Below, in pieces: positions 12,401 to 26,029 of a DNA stretch of 64,000 bases (positions are counted from its first letter, which is position 1; each line of letters opens with the position of its first letter). Location: NCBI GenBank assembly GCA_030141605.1, contig JAQGDQ010000540.1:84306-148305 (forward strand), in the 5' to 3' direction. This DNA is from Tubiluchus corallicola. Taxonomy: Eukaryota; Animalia; Priapulida. The position numbers and the translations under genes are program-made. The notes under the pieces are model-generated. The model did no database searches, was not told the origin of the DNA, and saw only the letters and a list, made by a program, of their open reading frames with translations.

Positions 12401-13103
12401 TCAAGGTATAATAGTAAAAACCAAAGCAGTGTTACGAGAAAAAGTTTGCTTCAGTGGAATAGATAACATAACTGAAAAAGTAGTTAGAGACTGTTTAACT
12501 TGCCAAATGGCAACTGACATGAAGCAGAACGAGCCGCTGTCAATGTCTCCACTCCCTCCTGCTCCATGGATGGAACTAAGTGTTGATTTCGGCTATTTAC
12601 CGAACGGTCAACACCTGTTCGCGGTTATAGATCATTATAGTCGATACCCATTCGTAGAAATTCCAATTACCACCTCAGCTAAAACAGTCAACCCCATACT
12701 TGATAACGTTTTACTTTTGAGGGGTATTCCTCTCATCATTAAGAGTGACAATGGCCCTCCGTTTAACAGTTTCGAATTTCAGGAATATGCACTTAAGACT
12801 GGTTTTAAGCATCGGAAAATTACACCCCTATGGCCTCGTGCCAATGAAGAAGTTGAACGTTTTATGGGCACGGTAAAGAAAGTCATTAAAGCAGCTTTTG
12901 CACAGTCTTTAGACTGGAAACAAGAGTTACGTGATTTTCTCTTAGCATATCATGCTACTCCACATAGAACTACAAAGTCAGCCCCGGCTACTTCATTGTT
13001 CGGTTCTGCTATTCGTACAAAACTTCCCGAAATATTACATCCAATCAGTGAAAATGAATCGAGATCACATGATTCTGTTGCAAAAGCAAAAATGAAATTT
13101 TAA
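9423..13103 (+). pseudogene. Gypsy gag-pol polyprotein pseudogene
   Basis: Fragmented ORFs 9372-9833, 9827-10096, 10477-10674, 10701-10892, 10877-11305, 11355-11549, 11696-11896, 11901-13103 in canonical Gypsy domain order. Confidence 0.93.
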
Positions 13104-13871
13104 TCATGATCAAAAACCATATGTTAAGCCGTCAAACGTTTGTAAGGGTGATGATGTAGTTGTACATGACACAACTAAAAGTAAAACCATCCCTTACAAC
13201 TCCAAACCCCATAGTGTTGTAAATAGAAAAGGTTCTATGGTTATTGCTAAATCTAGTAAGCACTTTGTTACACGCAATCTATCACATTTCTCATCCTGTT
13301 CATAGTGATTCTGAGGAATCTGATATTGATGATGTGCCTGTTAAAACTCCACATAAATCTGTTAATGATTTTGGAGGAAATGGAAATGTTACACTAGCAA
13401 ATCGACCTCCTCCAATGCCAAGAAGGTCTATTCGTTCTAGAAACACCCCCCCTTAAAATTTAGAGATTATGTTGCTTGAATATTTTATCTTTACTTAAGG
13501 ATGTGAGCTACATCTACAGTTTTATAGTTGCAAGCTACAAGATTAAATACGCAGACAGTTGTGTGTGTCAAGTATACACTCAGTTTTATTTGATAAGCTG
13601 TATCAAACACATAAATTTTAGTTACAAAGTTTTGCTTTGATAGTTACTATAATTAGTGATACAGTAATACGTGACATTTAAAGTTATTGTTCCGAAGTCA
13701 CTTATATACTAACTTTACAGTTCTACATTTACAATTGTAGTATTACGTAGTAGTCGTATCTACTTGTTGGATTTAATCATGGTTCACATTACAATTTATT
13801 GCGTTGCATTCACACTTGAGTTGCAAACATCTTTTAAAGTTCTATTTTTAGTGATATGGTACTTATCTTAT

Positions 13872-14045
13872 AGTAAGGAAGGAATGTGATATAGTGATAT
13901 ATCACTCTTTGTGTATGTCACTTCCGGCTTTACGGAAGTAGTTATTTTAGACTGGTTTTGTGAATAAAGTCACAATTTTATAGCCCCCTATAGAGTACGT
14001 CTATTGCAGCTACATCAGCTGACTGAAGACGACACTAATCCACAA
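13872..14045 (+). repeat. Polypurine tract and probable short 3' LTR
   Basis: AGTAAGGAAGGAA directly followed by TGTGATATAG (13885), with AATAAA at ~13963. The right end is a guess at a CA near 14043. Confidence 0.6.
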
Positions 14046-17000
14046 TAATCTTAGTTTAAAGTCTGGTCATTGTGCCGTAATCATTAACTATAATGATAAT
14101 GAACTTTATTATATTTCAAAAAATAGGCTGGTGAGGTATATGAAGAAATTGTATTCTGTGTCTGTTTAACACGAAGTGAAATTCAGTGGAAAAACAGTTG
14201 GGCGTGGACGTGGTAGCTATGTGCCTATACAGCTTTGCTGAAGTTAGTGCTACTGCCAAATTCACACTCTTATAGTTACAAGTTTAGCTTATACCTGACT
14301 AATTACATTAATATTATAACAATTAAAAATGATAGCAGTTTTTTTGAAAACATTTTACAAATAAAAGAATACTGCAATATCGTCTCATTTAAATGAAAGT
14401 GTAGGATGCTGTTACCTGCAAAAAGACCTAGTTGATGCTTTTTTGCCCGATTTGAACATTTACAAATAACGTAGAGGTTGGGCCCTTTTAAGTATTTCGC
14501 TATTTTACCACAAATTCACTAAACGGAGTATGTGTAACGAAAATTATTGCAAAAACTTCACACGCACGCACAAGAACGAATAGCAGAAACCAGCAGCTTG
14601 CCTAACAGCATGGTGCCTATGATTGCGTCACTTTTTCGCAATTTCTCTCTGAGGACGCACCGTTTAATTCTCTGTGCCAAGTGATCTTGGGTGTGTCAAC
14701 GAAGGAACGCCGCTAGTGCGTGTTATTGCCATGAAATTTGAGAACCTGAAGTTCGAAGAGAGTTCGCAACATCCTGCTCAGTTATTTGTTAACATCATAA
14801 TCTGTATTTATCAGTGCGAAGTGCTGAAGAAAAAATTATAGGTAGAATTTAGAATAATCTTTTATCGAAAAATAAAAATTTACTACCACTGTGTTTAGTA
14901 GTGCGTTCGAGCTTCTTTAGTTATCAGTGACAGTACTAGTAGTAAAATTATAATAATCAGTAATTAAATTTTATTTAAATTTGCTTTTGGTATGTGTGCT
15001 ATACACTGCACCTAGACGATTACAGTAGTATTTTATTATAGTAATAGTAGTATCCTGTTACTACTGTTATTAATAATAACATTTCCTCTGGAGGTTGGAC
15101 AAACATTAGATCTGACACCATGAAGACAAATGCACTTGCAGTAAATTTTGTTTGAGATGTTCCACATCTGAAACAGCAAAAGAATTGATATTAGTGCATG
15201 TAGTTTAACTTTCGTGTTTGCTTTTTAATTGTCTTTGCTGCAAAGTGGAAATTTTATGAAAATTAATTGCTTTTTTCTTGAGAGATGCTCCCAGCCCAGG
15301 ACTTGATTGCAAAAGTTTATTTGTAGTACAGTAAGTGCTCTCTTAATGACTCCTCATTTAGCTATGTTGCATTTTAATGACGCTGAAGATTTGACGCCTT
15401 TTTTTCACTTAACGACTCTTCGTTTTGTTTTAACAACAATTTTTTTGCTTTGCACAAAGCCAATTTTTATTTTATCAACAACTTTTTTTGCTTAACTTGA
15501 TGCCTTTAAACAGTACATATTGCATTATTCTGTTCTAAAAACACACTAGTAATGTAAACACTAATGCTAGCCGTTCGTGTCAAGCAGCGCCGGGGAGCAA
15601 ACTATATGCAACCTTTTGTTATAACAACCAAACTAGTGAGTGCTAAGTTTCTAGATAAAATTCCCAAGCTCACCCCAGGGCTTGGCTTTGACTCTGCTGC
15701 AGTGTTTATTGTTTAGCAGTTGCCTAAACTTAAAGTCAACCAAAGAGAAACCGCTGGCTAGCTAAGTAAGCTATATAGGTAGTTTCAAGCAAGTAGAAGA
15801 AATTAATTTGTAGAAACGTGAGTACAGCTCGTAATTTGTATGATTAAGCAGCATTGATATTTGCCTCTGGAACGTATCCCAATTCTTTTACATTACTTTC
15901 TTTGGAAGTCTTGGCTCCATTAGTGATGTTTCGCTTAATGTAGCATTTTGCTGGAATGCATTAGCATCGTTAAGCGAGGACTTGCTGTATTTATTTTTCT
16001 GCTAGTCATTGTATAACCCTGGATATTCATAGATGCAGAATACTTGCTTATAAATCTTGTTTTTTCTGTCGGTTCTCATCAATGAAGATCTTTACCAGAA
16101 ACTTGTTTTCCTTAGGCTTACAACCTCACGATTCAAGAAGAACATCACTTTGAGTAGTAATTGGCTTTGTTTGGGATCAGTATTTATTAAAAGAAATCCT
16201 CCATGTAACAAGTGTAATCTGCGGGAATGACATCAAAACTGCAAGTTTAAACTGCGGGAACAAACTGCAGTTTGTAGCAAACTATGTGAAATGTTGAAGT
16301 CGAGTGGCCACTAAAAACTGCTGTCAATTTCTGAAATTTATGTATATTATGAGTTGTAACTTACAGAACTTAGATCGTGGAATATTGATAAATTCTGGGG
16401 AAATGAAAATCTAACAACTTTCCCAAGCCACATTTAACATTCTATTTCTTTCCAAGTCCACTAAAAAAATTGAAATTTTTCATCACAGTCTATTTTGCTG
16501 AACTTTTTTACTCTGTTTTTAATCAATTTTTAGGCTGTCGGCATTAAATGGTAGCATTAAAATACTATAGGAATGAAAGCATTGGAAAATATTTTGCAAA
16601 TAAATTGAAAATATTATGTTGTACATTGTCTTTGTAATAATTTAATCATTTGTTTTCTCTAGCCACTCTATACTTAGGCAGCTTTGTTTACTTTTTTATA
16701 GGCCTGTCTGATTATTGTTGTTAGTCGCTTTGAACATTCTGGGACTGTGTTTATTTGTTGATTTTCTGTGTATTTATTCTGACAATTTTCAAATGTCGTA
16801 AAAAAATTAAGGAAACTGCCCAAGTGTCCATTTGGGTGTAAATTCCAATTAATCCATAAAATGCATTACATATCTGGTCTGCCTATGAGCATTTATGCTC
16901 ATTAGCTATAGTCATAGTTATAAAAATGCCAATTGCCAAATTGTAGTCTGAACTTGAAGCCTTCAAAATAAAATAGGTCAGTAACCTACTTTACAATGTG

Positions 17001-17254
17001 TGCATTTTGAAGGACAGGCATGTGGCTTTTCCATCTACCTGTACTTACAGTACCTGTTCATAATAATACTAGCTAAACATTTATCTATAGTAAGCTATTT
17101 ATCGAAACTCGTACACACAAACTGTCATTACATTATATTACAACCTTATAATAATCTAGCTGCAAATAGTATGTTAATACCCCCGTTCATGACACACATT
17201 GTTACAGTATAAATTTATTATATTAAGTCAACATGGTTAACCAATAGGCATGTA

Positions 17255-17436
17255 CAGTCAAACCTTTATATACTGCCTACTTTGGGACTGCAAAAAAGTT
17301 GGTGTTACGGAAAGTTTGTTATTATAACGAGGTGCAAACAAGTCTATGCAGACATATATATTTTGTTTTGCCAAAAATTTCGTATGAAGCGAGAGGTTGG
17401 CATTATGAAGAGGGGCATTATAACGAGGTTTGACCA
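17255..17436. mobile_element. Tc1/mariner (pogo/Tigger-like) MITE
   Basis: TA|CAGTCAAACCT ... AGGTTTGACCA|TA: imperfect TIRs with TA flanks and internal repeated TTATAACGAGGT. Confidence 0.65.
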
Positions 17437-17873
17437 TATATCACTAATATGATTAGACTCTCAAGTTTACCGGAAGGTATTTTGTACATTATAGAGAATT
17501 ATTTATTACATTAAGTTAAGATTGTATATACTATTTTGACATGTTTCATAACCTACAGGTGGCCCTATTTGAAACAAAAACTTCCTACATGCAGACTGTA
17601 GGCCAAGAGCTTTTAATTGATGAATGCATAGATGTTTGTGAATGTTAGAACCTGCTAAAGACAGTTATCTTAATAATGATTTAGAGTGAGCTCTAGGTGC
17701 GATTTTTATTGCAAATGTTTTTTTATATAATTAATAAATATATTCAACAATTACATAATTAATTAATTGGTGTAATAAATACTAAATTGAGTTGTTTAAT
17801 AAGTTAATTCTTCTTAATTATTTAATTCTTAATAAATTTAGTTAGCTGAACTATTCAAGTTTTTGCAGAAAGC

Positions 17874-18089
17874 ATGAGTGTGCCTTACGGAAAGATGGGT
17901 GAGGTGAACGACGTGGAGCCTCATCCTCAGCCTGCAGCTGCTCCTCCACCAGCAGTACCTGCAGTAGTCATACCTGCAGCACCTGTTCAGATACAACACG
18001 TAACTGCTGTACCTGGAGTGACACAACCTGCACAGCCGCCTGAATCAAAACTGTCTGTTAGATATGCAAAACCTCTATCAATTATACAG
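17874..18089 (+). CDS. First coding exon of an MS4A/CD20-like tetraspanning membrane protein gene (Pro/Ala-rich N-terminus and start of TM1); putative shared constant exon
   Basis: Acceptor TTTTTGCAG| at 17868, ATG 17874, 72 codons ending KPLSIIQ, phase-0 donor CAG|GTAATC. It joins in frame to VLCGCIA of the downstream exons. Confidence 0.85.
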
Positions 18090-19731
18090 GTAATCTTTAA
18101 TCTTTGTAATGAAATTAGTTGGCCACAAAACATGGCAATAGGTTTTTAGATATTGAACCAGATTGAACCTATTGATAAACCAGAACTAATAAACCAAAAA
18201 GTATATATCTAATCAACGATTAACACATCCTCTATCATAGTGATTACTCACAAAGTCCTTACTAACCCTTCTAAACCCTGCTTAACTTGTTTTGTCCTGA
18301 TTCACTGTTTCGTTTTCTTCTTAATCTTTTCACATTTTATTGAAATCACTTGAACAACCTCTGCTGTAAACAAGATGACAATTAGTTTAAAATTTTCAGC
18401 ATCTGGTAAAAATCTTGTATATGTTTTCAAATGCGTGGTTGTTATGACATAGTAATGTTTAATGTATTTTGTCGAAATAAAAATAAACCTTAACATGAAC
18501 TAACTTAATGGGTTAATGGTTAGTTAATTAAAGGAGAAATTAATAGTCGCAATTCAATATTAAAGGATCTGGGACCAAATTAGGGCCTGATCGAACATGT
18601 GACGTGCTAGCTATATATATATGGCCCCCCAAAATAGCTATATTGCCGGAAACTTATTGCTTTCCAAGGAGCCTGGGAGTGGCTTCTAAAATTTCCTGAC
18701 TGGATAATGGAGATAACCTCCATTTTACATTCAAACACTCAATCCAATGGCATAATTATTACAAAGATGCTGTCTGCTTCTTTGTATAAGGTGAGAGATT
18801 TTTACAGAGTGAGATAAGTAAGAGAAAAGAACACTGAGGAATATGTAAATCCTTCTATAAGTGAGGAAGCAGTAAGTTGAATTGGCAATGAATTCAGTGA
18901 AACCTTATTACTTGAGCTTTTCAAGGTGCTCGTTATTACCTGAAAGACATTTTTGACTTGCTAAACCTTTAATTGGGCTTTGTAGTTTCAAATCATCAAC
19001 AGTTTTTGGTGAACTGTGAACATGTTTCAATTGTGGCATAACTAAAAATGGGACGTATAATAACATTGCTATTGCATGAAGAGATGATCGTCACCTTTTA
19101 GGTTTCAGCTGTTTAACCACCTCAGGCTAATAAGAAAACCATGAAGAGTTGTGCACTCCAGAGCACAGCATTTTTTGTATTGCAGAAGTTTTTGTCTTGA
19201 TGTAGTTATTCAGCCTGCAGTAGAAGTGCTATATTTGTTGTAATATTTGCATCAGTTTTCATATTTTGCTAATGAATTTCTGTCAATTTGATCTATTTTT
19301 TTGACATTTTTTATTTATTTTTGGTATCGTGTCTCAAGAATGTTTGTCATGTAGGTGCATGGATTAGACTTCAAAGTGGGCAATCTTGACCTTGAATAGT
19401 CTGTAACATTATGCATGTGTTTTTTCTTCTGTCACTTACTCAAAATAATAAGTCATGGCCTGCTGTGATGCTGTGTGTAGTGATAGGATGACCTTTGCAG
19501 TTATGCACCTTTGTCGTCTGCATCTTTCTTGTGGTTTCTTGGTGAATTCCATTTTATGTAGACGATGATGATGCTAATGACCATTTTGACTCGTGATCTC
19601 ATGGTCATAAATTTTTCAGTGACTATGTTCAATGAACTAACTTCAATGTTACATGAAAGTTTTTTTGCCATTGGCTTGTGAGGTAGTAGTTTCTGGAAGT
19701 TTGTTCTTATTTTTCACCTTAACTTTCTCTC

Positions 19732-20278
19732 GTTTTGCCCGGCAACACCATTATAACATCCCTGTAGGGTGTGGCTTATGGCGTGGAATTTTTTCGTCAT
19801 TACCGGTGTTATTGGCCTTGCTGCTTGTGTGAAGCCAAAACACAGAGGCATGATAATTGCATTGATGGCCTTGTCAATTATAGCAACAGTGTTTGCTGTC
19901 AAAATAGTGATAATAAGTTCAATATACATAGCGATTACCTGTAGTTCTTTTCGATATCAATGTTGAGCTTCCAACTCTTGGTATGGATACTAATGTATTA
20001 TGCATGCCGGAGAGCAGTCAGATGTTCCTTAGCTGCTTATTGTATTCAACTGCTAATCGGAATAATGGAACAGGTATCATCTATCTGGCTGTCTATTCTC
20101 TGTTCTAAAGTTATCTGTTGTGGAAACAAGTATCATCTTCTGATCATGTACTACACAGCTGGTCAGCCACCACCACCTGTTTCTGACCCCATTGCTGAAG
20201 AACAAACTTTTCAGCAAGTTGGACATGTTCACACAATATCCAGGAATGCAAATTCACCCAACGTCCTACAGGCATAGA
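19732..20278 (+). pseudogene. MS4A-like terminal exon, decayed copy 1
   Basis: FARQHHYNIPVGCGLW..., 1-nt loss in the T run ~19790, loop deletion/frameshift ~19960-19995, acceptor region absent. The downstream sequence is homologous to 22545-23160. Confidence 0.88.
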
Positions 20279-20989
20279 GGTACTCTTTCACTAGCTAGTT
20301 GCTTTGTAGGGAATCAGGTTAGCTATATTTTCACTTGCTGGTTTTACAGGTTGGCTGACTGTTGGCTGATATAATTGACTTGTGACCTATTTACTTACAA
20401 CTACAGATATGAAATTTTGCATAAGTGAAGCTTGTCGCTGGTTACATAAACATATTTTATAGGCCTTTTTTAAAGTTCTTTGGGGTGAGAGGAAGGCCAG
20501 CCATACAATGGACAGCCCAAACATTATTCATTACAAGGCTACAAAATTGGACTAATTGGTCATTTTCACTATTTCACTGTTCTGCAGTGATAGAACTTAA
20601 TAGCCTTCTAGTCCTCGTTTCAGCCACAACGATAAATAAAGAAGATGTGAATTATTACAGCTTTCCAACACAACATTTTCTGCTTAACTATACCTTATAT
20701 CATTATTAATATATACGATACCAATACCAATAATTCCTGCATTCTTTAAACCAGTTTTATCAAAAAAAACATACTCCATTCCATTTATCACAGTTTTTGG
20801 CCAGCATAATTTATAATCTCTTCTGCACCTTAAACCAAAGTTTAAGTGACCAAACTCGATCTAAGATGACTGGAGACCCACTTACGTTCTAATTGACTTA
20901 CAAAGAACAATTTCATTTGTTGTTGTTTGGTCAGTCACTTACAGTTACTGAGTGGACTAATATTTTTTCATTTGTATGGAGATGATATC

Positions 20990-21290
20990 GTTTTTGTCAA
21001 CTTTTCCTTTACTGCCGATGCTATTGGTCTTACAGCTTGTACAAAGCCAGAAAAAAGGAGCTGGATTATTGCTTTGATGGTCATGTCAATTATGGCAGCA
21101 CTGCTTGCTGGAATTTTTATGATAGCAATTTCAATAAACATATCTATTATGTGGTTCACTTCCTTGTCACTGCTAAGATTTTAGCTATTCGTGTAAAAAA
21201 AACGAATCTACTTGCGTGTGTGAGTGCTAGAGGATAGCTAGATGTTCCTTGGCTGCAATTTGTGTTCATCTGTTAAATGGACAAACGTGA
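20990..21290 (+). pseudogene. MS4A-like terminal exon, decayed internal fragment (copy 2)
   Basis: AIGLTACTKPEKRSWIIALMVMSIMAALLAGIF..., then AGATGTTCCTTGGCTGC matching RCSLAA. Both ends are lost. Confidence 0.82.
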
Positions 21291-21938
21291 CTCAGTGTTT
21301 ATCCCTTTCTCTTTTCTGCTCTTTCAATCATATAAGCATTATCATAATAAAATCAGTTTTAGTGAATAACCTACCTATACAGCTATGATGCAACTTTTGC
21401 TTGCTGTATTGTCAAGTAGAGCTCCATTGGATGTGTCATAGGCACCCAGCTAAGCTAAGCAGTTTAGGTAAAATGTAATTATTATGGTTTGCGCAAACCC
21501 TGTGAAAGAATGTCTAAATTTCTAACTGTTTTCTAAATAAAACCAATTATAAATTTACAAATCAGCACGCTTCTACTTAATTCAGCAATATATATTAAGT
21601 TATTACAAAAACGAATAATTATTGTACCCATACAATGCATTATGTATGTAAGGAAAGTGCATGGTTCACTAAAAAATGGTTTTTTTCTGCCGGACTAATA
21701 GACAAAAATCACCATTAGATTTAATAGAAATGAAAGATGGTAATAACACTTTGGCCAAGATAAAAGTGATAGCTATAATTCCATTACTTATCATAATACC
21801 ATTCTCATTTCTCACTGGCATGATCTAGTCAGCAGAATATTTATTTTGCACTTGTTATTGCCTAATGTGCTAAATTTTTTGAATTTTTCTGCCACAAAAG
21901 TTCCAAATGAATTAAATATGCACTTTGTTTTTCTTCAG

Positions 21939-22544
21939 GTGTTATGTGGATGCATTGCCGTCATTGCAGAGATAACTGCAATTATTGTGTTTGCCCGGCA
22001 GCTCCGTTATAATTTTCCTATAGGACAGGGCATATGGTGTGGAATTTTTTTCGTTATTGCTGGTATTATTGGTTTTGCTGCTTGTGGAAAGCCGAAAAAG
22101 AAAGGCTTGATAATTGCTTTGATGGTCTTGTCAATTGTAGCAGCAGTTTTTGCTGGCATTTTATTGGTATCAAGTTCAATATACATGGCAGTTACAAGTG
22201 GTTATAATCGATACCGCTGTCAAGATTCTAGCTACTCAGACGAAACTAATGAATATACTTACACCTATGATTATGCATGCCAGAGAGCACTAAGATGTTC
22301 CTTAGCTGCTTACTGTATTCAACTGCTAATGGGAATAACGGAACTGGTGTCGTCTATCTGGGTGTCTGTTCTCTGTTGCAAAGCTGTCTGTTGTGGAAAC
22401 GCGTATCGTCCTGTGATCGTGTACTATGCAGCTGGTCAGCCACCGCCTATTTCTGTCCCGATGGCTGGAGGACAAACTTTTCAACAAGTTGGACATGTCT
22501 CTCAGTATCCAGGAGTGCAGATTCACCCCCCTCCCTATGTATAG
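21939..22544 (+). CDS. MS4A/CD20-like terminal coding exon A (intact; 273 aa when joined to exon 17874-18089)
   Basis: Acceptor TTTTTCTTCAG|GTG, phase 0. Four hydrophobic segments, GQGIWCGIFFVIAG motif, two Cys in loop 2, CC..VCC cluster, C-terminal PPPY. Confidence 0.9.
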   Translation: MLCGCIAVIAEITAIIVFARQLRYNFPIGQGIWCGIFFVIAGIIGFAACGKPKKKGLIIALMVLSIVAAVFAGILLVSSSIYMAVTSGYNRYRCQDSSYSDETNEYTYTYDYACQRALRCSLAAYCIQLLMGITELVSSIWVSVLCCKAVCCGNAYRPVIVYYAAGQPPPISVPMAGGQTFQQVGHVSQYPGVQIHPPPYV

Positions 22545-23982
22545 GCATAGAGGTACTATTTCACTAACCAGTTGCTTTCTAAGAATCAGGTAAGCTAATT
22601 TATGCAACTTCACTCGTTGGTCTCACAGGTGGGCTGATATACTTGACTTGTGACATATGCACTTCCAACAACAGAATGAAATTTCGCATAAATGAAGCCT
22701 GCTGCTACATAAACTTATTTTATGGGCCTTTTTTAAAATAGCTACAGCATGAGGGGAAGACCACCATACAAATAGGCAGTCCAGTCACATTTATAAGCTA
22801 TAAGTTCTATGCAAATATTCATTGCAAGGCTACAAGATTTGAAGAATTGGTCATTTAACATAGAACGTTTGACTTCTACTCCCAGTTTCAGTTACATTGA
22901 TAAATAAAAATGATGTAAATTATTAAAGCTTGCTAATAAGACATTATCTAATTAATTACGTTATTATATCACATAGTATTACTAATAATTGCTGTATTTT
23001 TAAAACTAAGGCAGTTTTTGCATGAAAAAACATACTCGATTCAATTTGCCACAATTTTTGTTGCCAGCATAGTTTGTAGTCACTTCTACATCCATACCTA
23101 ACTCAGTCTAAATCAATTGGAAATCTGCTATTTCCAAACTGACTGACGAAGAACAACTTCCTTTATAGTCACTGGGTAGATTATGGCTTTGTTTCTTATC
23201 CTTTGCAGCACAGGCATTTTATTTTTTTTCTTTGCCAGACACTGGCTCATAACATTACTTTGTTTTGCTGCATAGGCATTTCACAATTCTCTCTTCCTCT
23301 GTTTCAGTCATTCTCTGACTTTGCAGCCTTGTGACATAGTAAAAATCTAAAGTCTTAGAGACCTCTCTATATCTGTGAGGGTTCAATAGCTGATATTGCT
23401 AGGCAACTCTTAGACTGAAAGACCTGTGTACTGAGGCTCCAATACTGAGATCAATCTTGAATCAAAAGATGAAATAGTGAGACAAAAGAACATTGAGGAA
23501 CGAACCAATAGGTGAGAGTAAAGTTAACCGAGTGGGCAGTGACCTGAGGGAAGTCTTCTTACTTAGACTCTCTAAAATGTTCTTCGATTACATGAAAGGC
23601 AATTTTGCTTTGCAAGAACTTCAGTCTTGGTAATTTAGCTTTAATTTTTTTACTTTACTGAAAAATATTTATGAAGCATCGGTACACAATAGCATGCATA
23701 CTGCATTAACATAGTACATAGTACCATGGTACCCATTCCATTTGTTATTAAGTTCTGGGATGATAAAAAATGGCACGAAGTTTATGTTGGTTTTCCTGAA
23801 TGAGCTGCAGTTGCTTTGTTTGATTTGCTAAGTTGTACTGGTATCCATTACTCCAGTTCTAGGCAACATTGCGTTACGATTAGATCAAAGGAATCTGATC
23901 TATACCTTTAGGTACAAACTTTCAAATTAACACCAAAAATGGTCCAACTTAATTAATTTTGCACTTTTGTTTTTTTCTTCAA

Positions 23983-24112
23983 GCATTATGTGGATGCATT
24001 GCTGTCGCCGCAGAAATAACTGTGATTACTGTGTATGCCCAGTAGCTCCATTATACAACACTTATACGGCAGGGCGTATGGTGTGGAATTTTTTTCGTTA
24101 TTGCCGTTACTA
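23983..24112 (+). pseudogene. MS4A-like terminal exon, 5' fragment (copy 4)
   Basis: Acceptor mutated (TTCTTCAA|GCA), reads ALCGCIAVAAEITVITVYAQ*LHYTTLIRQGVWCGIFFVIA, then truncated. Confidence 0.85.
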
Positions 24113-26029
24113 ATATATTTTTCATCGATAAAATACAATGCATTCAAGTAAGTGTGGACAAAGCTATGATTTGACCTTAACGTTAAAAAATGCTTCAGCG
24201 ATTGCCCTAGTCTCTCCGTTACTGGCATGCCGATTAAGCTTTCCCACATGTAAATACAGCGAGAGTTAGTGTTACACTAGAGGAGTACACACTATAACAA
24301 ACCTAAACTGTCATGATCATGCAAATGAAAACACCAAATACACGAAATTTAAAGGACGTTAAAACAAATAAAAAATGACTGAATTTTTATGGACTCTATG
24401 GAAAATTGTGTTTGAGAATTACATCAAAATAATCAAATTAGTACGTTGTCATTTTCTTTTTCAATGGTTCATGTGTTAGTCCTTTCTTAATCTGCTAACC
24501 TTAATATTTCATCACTTATATAAATTACTAGGTAATAATTTCTTTATCCAAATTATATCGTTACTCCCACAACTAATATGCTTTCATACAGTCCAGTTCC
24601 TCATTTTAGCTTTGTCAGATTTACAAATTTTATTTGTTTGTTACTACTGACAGCCTTCACATGGAATATTGTGGAAACTAATTATTGTGCACTGCTTAGT
24701 ATTATGCACAATATTGTATAATACTGTAGTGACTTAAGAGATTCGCTTGCTTCTGGGCCAGAATAAGAGCTGTGATATCTTTAAAATTGCATCTGGTTAT
24801 GATTTTACCACAGGAGGCACAGTTACTGGCCATAATGATTTTGGTGTGCCAGCTTCAAAAACATATATTTTGTGCCATCAAGAGAAAATGTTGAGACACC
24901 TCAAGTGTTTTTTCCATCATGTATGCTTGAATGTGCATTCGTTTCATTTTCCCTAAATGCTTACATTGTTGATACGCACAGCTTTGCACTGGAACAATCT
25001 GATAATGGTTGAAACGCCATCTAATGGCCTTAGTAACACATGTTCTATGCATCTTACTGTGCCATAGGACTATCCTAGTTTCGGCCATGGTACTACATTT
25101 TGAGTAGGCTTATCCATAGTGTGCATTGATGAATATAGTGGCTTGACTCCATCGTGCTACTATGATATTGCCAAATGCAGGAGTGCCTAAGTACATTCAA
25201 AGTGTTTCTGTTTCATAGACTAAGTGCATAACCTCTTATCATCTCTGGAATGATGCTTTGATGATTCTTCATCACTGGTTAGCACTTGTCATTTACCAAT
25301 TTTATTAGTATGGGCAAATTATGATGCAAAAAGTGATAAAGTGAAACAGTATAATCCGTCTGTGACATCTGAAAGAATAATGTTCATTACTGGCTAGTTT
25401 TATGCGTCACTGAACTTTTTCTTTGTGTGTTCTTTTCAGCCGGTCCGTTTCATTCAGCAGTTTCGGCAGTTTGATTCAGTTGTGAAATTTATTTCTTCTG
25501 CTAGGGCTGCCTGGCCAATGGCCAGTTATTTCCAGCTTAGCTTTGATGTTGGAAGTGAAGATAATTCATGGGACAGAACTTCGCTGTTGTTTGTGTTATG
25601 GTTGAATTCCACTAACTGTTAAATAAGTTATGTCAATATAATGTATTTTGCTCAATCCAACTTGTATGGGGCTTCTTCATCAATGCCATGTGCATTCATT
25701 GAGGTTGTCTCGTAGACCCTTGTGACCACTTACTTTCAAAATACGATTGTACTGGAATAACCATGTTACCGAATTGACTACACTAAAGATAACAGCACAT
25801 GTTTCCTGTTTATAACATTAACTATGCTGAGGGTGTTGTTGTGGAGCTAAAAGATTTATACAAACTCCTAGTTTTTTGCAGAGTTCTTGCTTGTTTATAA
25901 TATCTGCGGCTATTCTGATTTTGGCTTCTATCTTTTATGTGCCTTGAAGTATGGCGCTATCTGTGATCGTGCCTCATAACTGAAATGTTCTTCTTAGAAT
26001 CTCTCTTTCACAACAAACATAATGACTGA

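Larger units (their letters stand above)
9372..14045 (+). mobile_element. Decayed Ty3/Gypsy LTR retrotransposon (gag-PR-RT-RH-INT); 5' LTR not seen
   Basis: Gag (ERYxF-like EYRRYEF, QQPSESL..F..RLR), CCHC knuckles ~10065-10250, protease VDALADS ~10450, RT (IRVCVDMRAAN, KLDLCQGYNQ, SVDDI), RNase H (VDASPVG, YASRAL, EREALA), integrase (HxxHxG..CLTC, VDF, SDNGPPF, NEEVERF). Many stops and frameshifts. Confidence 0.95.

Noticed and set aside
14760-14841. Possible non-coding first exon of the MS4A-like gene (TAG|GTAGAA donor)
   Set aside because: An upstream UTR exon is implied by the acceptor at 17868, but its position cannot be supported without transcripts.
21846-21938. Exon A as a stand-alone intronless gene from TTG 21846 or ATG 21918
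   Set aside because: This is polypyrimidine tract. The ATG is TTG in the paralogous flanks, and paralog protein similarity starts exactly at the AG.
24115-26000. Possible LINE or other TE remnant truncating cassette 4
   Set aside because: No convincing protein motif or termini could be read.
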